42,194 nucleotides of DNA from Myxococcota bacterium (GTDB taxonomy: Bacteria > Myxococcota > JACRCW01). The stretch lies in contig JBFMGU010000069.1 in assembly GCA_040752415.1 (NCBI GenBank), positions 1 through 42,194 on the forward strand. Direction: 5' to 3'. A program made the translations under genes and the position numbers. A model generated the notes under the pieces. That model worked only from the letters and a program-made list of their open reading frames with translations. It ran no database searches and was not told the DNA's origin. Shown in pieces: positions 37,066 through 42,194 of the stretch (its first letter is position 1; the number at the start of each line of letters is the position of its first letter).

Positions 37066-37346
37066 GGGGCTGCGACAGGATAAGTTGCCCATCAGGTCCT
37101 GACAGCCTCCAGCGGACCACGACCTGGAGTGCGGCGGGCCCTCGCCGCCCTGGTCAGCGTCGAGCGGTTTGGACAACCGTCAGGGTCCACGCGCCACGAG
37201 GCAGAGCCGCGCCCGACGTCATTGCGCCCCAGGGCTGTTCGGCCCGTTGTGAACGCGCTCGGCGCTGACCAGGGCGTCGAGGGCCCGTGTCGTGGTCCGC
37301 TGGAGGCGGTCAGGACCAGATGGGCAACTTGTCCTGACGCAGCCCC
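37066..37346. mobile_element. 281-bp MITE-like non-autonomous element with long terminal inverted repeats and TGA target-site duplication
   Basis: 37066-37123 versus the reverse complement of 37289-37346 match at 54/58; inner arms 37135-37166 and 37256-37287 match at 30/32; TGA flanks both ends (37063-37065, 37347-37349); no credible ORF inside. Confidence 0.75.
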
Positions 37347-37385
37347 TGACGGGCACCCACGCGGTGTGTTGGTGCAGAGCCGCCG

Positions 37386-37952
37386 CTACGGCACGTCGGT
37401 CATGCGGTAGGCGTCGGCGACATCGAGGGCCACCCCGTTGGTGAGCACCACCCGGCCCGCGCGCGCGTCGGTGTAGGTCCACGTCCCGTCGCTGTTCCGA
37501 CGGTAGTGCTCCACCCGGCGGGTATCCGTGGACACCAGCAGGAAGTCCGTCAGCGTCGGAATCGTCTGGTAGGCAAGCCACTTGGCGCCGCGGTCACGGG
37601 CTTCCGTCGAGGGCGAGAGGACCTCCACGAGCACCTGGGGATTCAGCAACGACCTGGGCGGGGGCTCCACCAGGAGCGGCTCCAGGCAGGTCATCACGCC
37701 GTCGGGATAGAAGTACTCCGACGTGGCCTCCACCTTGACGCGCTGGTCGCTCCCCACCACGTGGCATGGACGTCCGGACAACGCCACGCTCAGGTCCGTC
37801 TTCACGTTCTGCGCGACCTGGTTGTGACGCAGCTCCGCTCCCGCCATCCCGTGGATGTCGCCGCCGCAGTACTCGTGCCGGGTCTCCGCCACCGCTTCGA
37901 GCGCGAGGTACTCCACCTCCGTGAAACGGGCCTGGACCTTGGCGGCAACCAT
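37386..37952 (-). CDS. Uma2 family endonuclease-like protein
   Basis: 'EYLALE...RHEY..G.I.GMAGA', 'FYPDGVMTC', 'NPQVLVEVLSPSTEARDRGAKW..Y..IPTL'. Confidence 0.9.
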   Translation of the reverse strand: MVAAKVQARFTEVEYLALEAVAETRHEYCGGDIHGMAGAELRHNQVAQNVKTDLSVALSGRPCHVVGSDQRVKVEATSEYFYPDGVMTCLEPLLVEPPPRSLLNPQVLVEVLSPSTEARDRGAKWLAYQTIPTLTDFLLVSTDTRRVEHYRRNSDGTWTYTDARAGRVVLTNGVALDVADAYRMTDVP

Positions 37953-38129
37953 GGCGGTGTTCTCTCACACTCGCCGTGCCGTTTCAGCCTGTCGGGCGCA
38001 ACACCCTGCCCCGTCCGGGGGCTTGCTTGCGTCGGCCGCGGCGGATAGCGGTTCCCGCCCCGGTTGCGCCCCATCGTCCGGCACCAATTGCCGACGGAGC
38101 GTGACGTGTTGTGGCCACGGTCGAAACGC

Positions 38130-41100
38130 ATGAGCTCCACTCCCTATCCTCCCTACGCGCGCGACGCGCTCCGCAGCGCCGGCACGCTGCCCCAGCTCCA
38201 CTCCGCCGCCATGCGCGTGGGCCTCGGCGACGCCCTCAAGGCCCCGTGCGCTCCACTGGCGGCCAACCCTGACGTCCCTCCCGACGCCGCGCGCCTGCTG
38301 GCCAACCTCATGGCCGCGGGGGCGGTGACGCTGGGGGACGTGCTCTCGCCGGGTCGGATGCAGGGCATCGTGGGCAACACCCTCAAGGGCACGCGCGACC
38401 GGCTGCTGGCCGCCGTCCGTCGGGAGCTGGAGGCCGCGCTGGAAATCCCCGCGCCAAAGCCGCAACCCAAGCGCGCCCCGCCCGCACCTCGGGCCCCTCG
38501 GGCTGCGGAGAAGGAGCAGCGCCCGCGCGACCGCCAGGAGCTGCAGCGCTGGGCGGAGGAGCACGGCGTGGCCCCCCTGCTGAAGCGCCGACTGGACCGG
38601 GAGCTCCGGGGCCTCCCCGAGGATCTGCGGATGGCGGGCCGGTACGACGAGACGCTGACGCTGGCGGAGCTCATCGTGCCGGGCCGCGGCGGCAACCGCC
38701 TGGAGTTCCTTCTCGGTCGAAGTCGTTCCGAGCGGGTGGCGGAGACGGCGTGGCGGTTCCTGGTGAAGCAGGCCGCGGACCACCAGGCGTGGGAAGCCCA
38801 GGCCCGCGTCGAGGACGCGCAGTTGCCCCTGCCCTCCGAGCCGACGCTGCGCACGGTGGTGGAGCACCTGCGCACGGAGCGGGAGCGACTGCGCCAGCTG
38901 AACGGCTTCCTCCCCGAGCCGCAGGGCGTCCTCGTCTCCGTCCTCGACGACCCTCCGCGCCTGATGGTGGCCGGCGGTGACGTGGATGCACCCATGGTCG
39001 TCCCGCTGGAGGCCTGGGAGCTGGGGCCCCTCCACGCCAGTCACGGCACCGCGCGCAACTTCAGCGCCGAGTTCGACGACTGCGACCACGCGCTGCTGGC
39101 GGTGGACGCGGTGCTACGCCTGTTGTGTCGCGAGCCCGAGGGCGCGGTGGCGCGGCAGGTGGCGGAGACGCTCCGGACGCCACGCTGGGCCAAGGACCTC
39201 AAGCAGCTCCTCGCCATCCACGAGCGCCACGACAAGCAGCGCGCCCCTGCGGTGATGCAGCTGGCCTGGCGGCTGCGGCCGGTGGGCGACGCCATGGAGC
39301 TGCTCCCAGTGCTGCAGAAGCAGACCAAGCGCGGCAACTTCACGTCGGGCAGCGCGGTGGCGGCGCACGAGCTGGTGGACTCCCCGGATGTCCACCCTTC
39401 CCCGGCGGAGCGGCGCGCGCTGCAGCTGTTGGCCGGTCACGCCGAGGTGTGGCAGCCCGGCGGGGCCCAGCAGCACCTGCGTGCGCTCGAGCAGCTGGTG
39501 GGTCACCCGCGCGTGACGCTGGCCACTGACGGCAGGGACCGGGACGCGGAGCCGCTGACGGTGCGCACGGGCCGGGTGGGTCTGGCGGTGGCGCCGACCA
39601 AAGGGGGCGCCCTCACCCTCAGCCCCACCGTGGATGGCCAACCCGCTCCGGCCCTGGCGCGGGCGCTGACCGGCGTGTCCCACGGGCGCGGTCGTGCGTT
39701 GCGCGTGGCGCTGCTCTCCTCCGACCAGAAGGAGGTGTCCCTGCTGCGCGTGACGCCGGAGTCGCGTGACCTGATCCTCAAGCTCCACGAGCGCCAGCCA
39801 AGCTTCCCGCCCGAGGCCACCGACGAGCTGCTGGCCTTCACCGGCCTGATTGGCACGGAGCTGCCGGTGGACCTGCCGCCCTCGTTGCGCGGCGAGGAGC
39901 TCCCCGACGCCAAGCTGCTGGTGCTGCGCCTGACGACCCTGGGGGAGACGGGATTGCACGCGGAGGTGCTGTGCCGCCCGGTGCTGGGCGGGCCCGCATT
40001 CCCGCCGGGGGAAGGCCTCCCGGAGACCTACACCACCGTGGATGGCCGCCGCGTCTTCGCCCGTCGGGACCTGGCGGCAGAGGTGGAGCGCGCCCGGGAG
40101 CTGACCGCGCTGCTGCGCCTCCGCTCCGACGAGGAGGAGTCCGCCTTCCACTTTGACCTGGAGCGCCAGGACGACGCGCTGGACCTGGTGACCCGCCTCG
40201 CGGAAGCCCCCCATCCCTCGCTGGTGGTGGAATGGTCGGGCCGCCCGTGGTCGGTGACCCGTGCTGCCACCACGCAACAGCTCCGCGTGGAGGTGGGGCG
40301 TCGACGAGACTGGTTTGGCCTGGACGGCACGCTGGATGTCGACGGCGAGCGGGTGCGCCTGGCGGTGGTGCTGGACACCCTGAGGCGGAAGCAACGCTAC
40401 GTGCGGGTGTCGCCGGAGCGCTTCGTGGCGTTGAGCCAGCGCATGCGCGAGCAGCTGGCCCCCCTGGCCGCGGGAACGTTCGTCCACAAGGAGGAGCTGA
40501 CCCTGGGCCCCGCCGCCGCGTTGGCGCTGGAGGAGGTGATCCCGGAGCTGGCCGCCGTCACCACTGACGAGTCCTTTGCCACCTTCCGGGAACGGGTGCG
40601 CGCCGCGCGCGCCATGGAGCCAGCGCTCCCCGCGGACTTCCGGGCCTCGTTGCGCCCCTACCAGCACGACGGCTTCCGCTGGATGGCGCGGATGGCGCAG
40701 TGGGGCGCCGGGGCGTGCCTGGCGGATGACATGGGCCTGGGGAAGACGGTGCAGGCGCTGGCGTTGCTGCAGGCCCGCCACGGCGAGGGCCCGGCGCTGG
40801 TGGTGGCGCCCACGTCGGTGTGTCGCAACTGGATGGATGAGGCCGCGCGTTTTGCTCCCGCGCTCAAGGCGCGCCTCTACCGCGAGATTCCCGAGGCGGA
40901 GCGCGAGGGCGCGGTGGCCGGCCTGGGCGCGGGCGACCTGCTGGTGATCAGCTACGGCATGCTGGTGCGGGAGCTGTCACGCCTGGCCGCTCGCACCTGG
41001 GCCACGTTGGTGGTGGACGAGGCGCAGGCGGTCAAGAACGTCAACACGCAGCGCGCGCAGGCATGTCGGGAGCTGGACGCGGCCTTCCGCCTGGCGTTGA

Positions 41101-42194
41101 CCGGTACGCCGCTGGAGAACCACCTGGGCGAGCTGTGGAGCCTCTACCGCGTGGTCTTCCCCGGACTGCTGGGCAGCTGGGAGGAGTTCCGGGAGCGCTT
41201 CGCCGGCCCCATCGAGCGCGACGGCGACAACGAGCGGCGCGTGGCGCTGGCGTCGTTGTGTCGACCGTTCCTGCTGCGACGCACCAAGGCGCAGGTGGCC
41301 CCGGAGCTGCCGCCGCGCACGGACATGACGGTGCTGGTGGAGCCCAGCCCGGCGGAGCGACGCCTCTACGAGCAGGCGCGCCTGGCGGCAGCGGCGCAGG
41401 TGGCGGGGCTGGCGGAGGTGCCGGAGGAGAAGCGGCGCTTCCAGGTGCTGGCGGCGCTCACCCGGTTGCGGCTGTGCGCGTGCCACCCGCGCCTGTACGA
41501 CGAGAACAGCGCGGTGACGTCCTCCAAGGTGACCCGGCTGATGGAGCTGGTGGACGAGCTGCGCGAGGAGGGGCACCGCGCGCTGGTGTTCAGCCAGTTC
41601 ACCAGCCTGCTGGGCCTGGTGCGCGAGGAGCTGGACCGACGCAACGTGCGCTACCTGTACCTGGATGGGCAGACGCCGGCGGCCAAGCGCGACGAGCTGG
41701 TGCGGCTGTTCCAGGCGGGCCAGGGCGGAGAGTTGTTCCTCATCTCGCTGAAGGCAGGCGGCACCGGGCTGAACCTGACGGCGGCCACGTACGTGATCCA
41801 CCTGGACCCGTGGTGGAACCCGGCCGTGGAGGACCAGGCCTCCGACCGCGCGCACCGCATTGGCCAGCAGCGTCCGGTGACGGTGATGCGCCTGGTGACG
41901 GAAGGCACGGTGGAGCAGCAGATCCTCTCGCTGCACCAGGACAAGCGCGCGCTGGTGGCGGGTGTGCTGGAGGGCACGGAGGCCGCCGGACGACTGTCCA
42001 CCTCCGAGCTGATGGACCTCATCCAGACCGGCGCCGTGCGCGGGGGAGAAGAGCCCGGTGACGACGAGATCGTCTCGGAGGCTCCAGCGCGCACCACGCC
42101 ACGCTCGCCCGCGCCCAGTCGGGCCCGGCGCACCGCCGAGGAGGAACCTCCCGCGCCCCAGGACAAGGTCCCCGCGCCCCAGGACAAGGTCCCC
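38130..42194 (+). CDS. SNF2-family helicase/ATPase, 3'-truncated by the window edge (>1350 aa)
   Basis: Frame from ATG 38130 appears open to the end of the window, so it is missing from the ORF track. Motifs: 'LRPYQ', 'LADDMGLGKTVQ', 'VVDEAQAVKN', 'LTGTPLENHLGELWSL', 'LVFSQFT', 'SLKAGGTGLNL', 'WWNPAVEDQASDRAHRIGQ'. Confidence 0.93.
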   Translation, partial: MSSTPYPPYARDALRSAGTLPQLHSAAMRVGLGDALKAPCAPLAANPDVPPDAARLLANLMAAGAVTLGDVLSPGRMQGIVGNTLKGTRDRLLAAVRRELEAALEIPAPKPQPKRAPPAPRAPRAAEKEQRPRDRQELQRWAEEHGVAPLLKRRLDRELRGLPEDLRMAGRYDETLTLAELIVPGRGGNRLEFLLGRSRSERVAETAWRFLVKQAADHQAWEAQARVEDAQLPLPSEPTLRTVVEHLRTERERLRQLNGFLPEPQGVLVSVLDDPPRLMVAGGDVDAPMVVPLEAWELGPLHASHGTARNFSAEFDDCDHALLAVDAVLRLLCREPEGAVARQVAETLRTPRWAKDLKQLLAIHERHDKQRAPAVMQLAWRLRPVGDAMELLPVLQKQTKRGNFTSGSAVAAHELVDSPDVHPSPAERRALQLLAGHAEVWQPGGAQQHLRALEQLVGHPRVTLATDGRDRDAEPLTVRTGRVGLAVAPTKGGALTLSPTVDGQPAPALARALTGVSHGRGRALRVALLSSDQKEVSLLRVTPESRDLILKLHERQPSFPPEATDELLAFTGLIGTELPVDLPPSLRGEELPDAKLLVLRLTTLGETGLHAEVLCRPVLGGPAFPPGEGLPETYTTVDGRRVFARRDLAAEVERARELTALLRLRSDEEESAFHFDLERQDDALDLVTRLAEAPHPSLVVEWSGRPWSVTRAATTQQLRVEVGRRRDWFGLDGTLDVDGERVRLAVVLDTLRRKQRYVRVSPERFVALSQRMREQLAPLAAGTFVHKEELTLGPAAALALEEVIPELAAVTTDESFATFRERVRAARAMEPALPADFRASLRPYQHDGFRWMARMAQWGAGACLADDMGLGKTVQALALLQARHGEGPALVVAPTSVCRNWMDEAARFAPALKARLYREIPEAEREGAVAGLGAGDLLVISYGMLVRELSRLAARTWATLVVDEAQAVKNVNTQRAQACRELDAAFRLALTGTPLENHLGELWSLYRVVFPGLLGSWEEFRERFAGPIERDGDNERRVALASLCRPFLLRRTKAQVAPELPPRTDMTVLVEPSPAERRLYEQARLAAAAQVAGLAEVPEEKRRFQVLAALTRLRLCACHPRLYDENSAVTSSKVTRLMELVDELREEGHRALVFSQFTSLLGLVREELDRRNVRYLYLDGQTPAAKRDELVRLFQAGQGGELFLISLKAGGTGLNLTAATYVIHLDPWWNPAVEDQASDRAHRIGQQRPVTVMRLVTEGTVEQQILSLHQDKRALVAGVLEGTEAAGRLSTSELMDLIQTGAVRGGEEPGDDEIVSEAPARTTPRSPAPSRARRTAEEEPPAPQDKVPAPQDKVP
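42150..42194 (+). repeat. 21-bp tandem repeat (PAPQDKV) at the window edge
   Basis: cccgcgccccaggacaaggtc twice, perfect (42150-42170, 42171-42191), plus the start of a third copy. Confidence 0.85.

Noticed and set aside
37129..37581. Small ORFs across the inverted-repeat element as a transposase remnant
   Set aside because: No DDE or HUH motifs; the translations look like non-coding GC-rich sequence.
38153..42187. Fragmented ORFs suggesting a pseudogene region
   Set aside because: SNF2 motifs all fall in one continuous + frame from 38130; the track omits that frame only because it has no stop inside the window.

Overview
High-GC (about 70% by eye) bacterial chromosomal segment, most consistent with Myxococcota or related deltaproteobacteria (MYXO-CTERM-like tail, membrane Ser/Thr kinase, several Uma2 genes). 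About 33 real CDS; most other long ORFs in the track are antisense or frame shadows. Contents: (1) a c-heme-sensor/HAMP/GAF diguanylate cyclase followed by TPR and ATP-grasp genes; (2) an oxidative pentose-phosphate cluster (zwf-opcA-pgl-glk ... gnd-GH63 glucosidase-methyltransferase), preceded by a translationally coupled NnrS-like / His-rich membrane protein / C25 cysteine protease trio and split by a divergent two-gene cassette (beta-propeller di-heme enzyme plus Ser/Trp-rich exported protein) with back-to-back sigma54-type promoters; (3) signalling, transport and housekeeping genes (REC-GGDEF, Ser/Thr kinase, AI-2E, RlmN-like, RoxA-like di-heme, ribA, antiporter pair, HIT, M20 peptidase); (4) three Uma2-family nucleases, a REP-like cluster and a 281-bp MITE-like element with a TGA target duplication; (5) a large SNF2 helicase gene, absent from the ORF track, that runs off the right edge. 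No rRNA, tRNA, CRISPR array or transposase was seen. Start codons were refined by eye, and family calls come from motif recognition rather than database searches.
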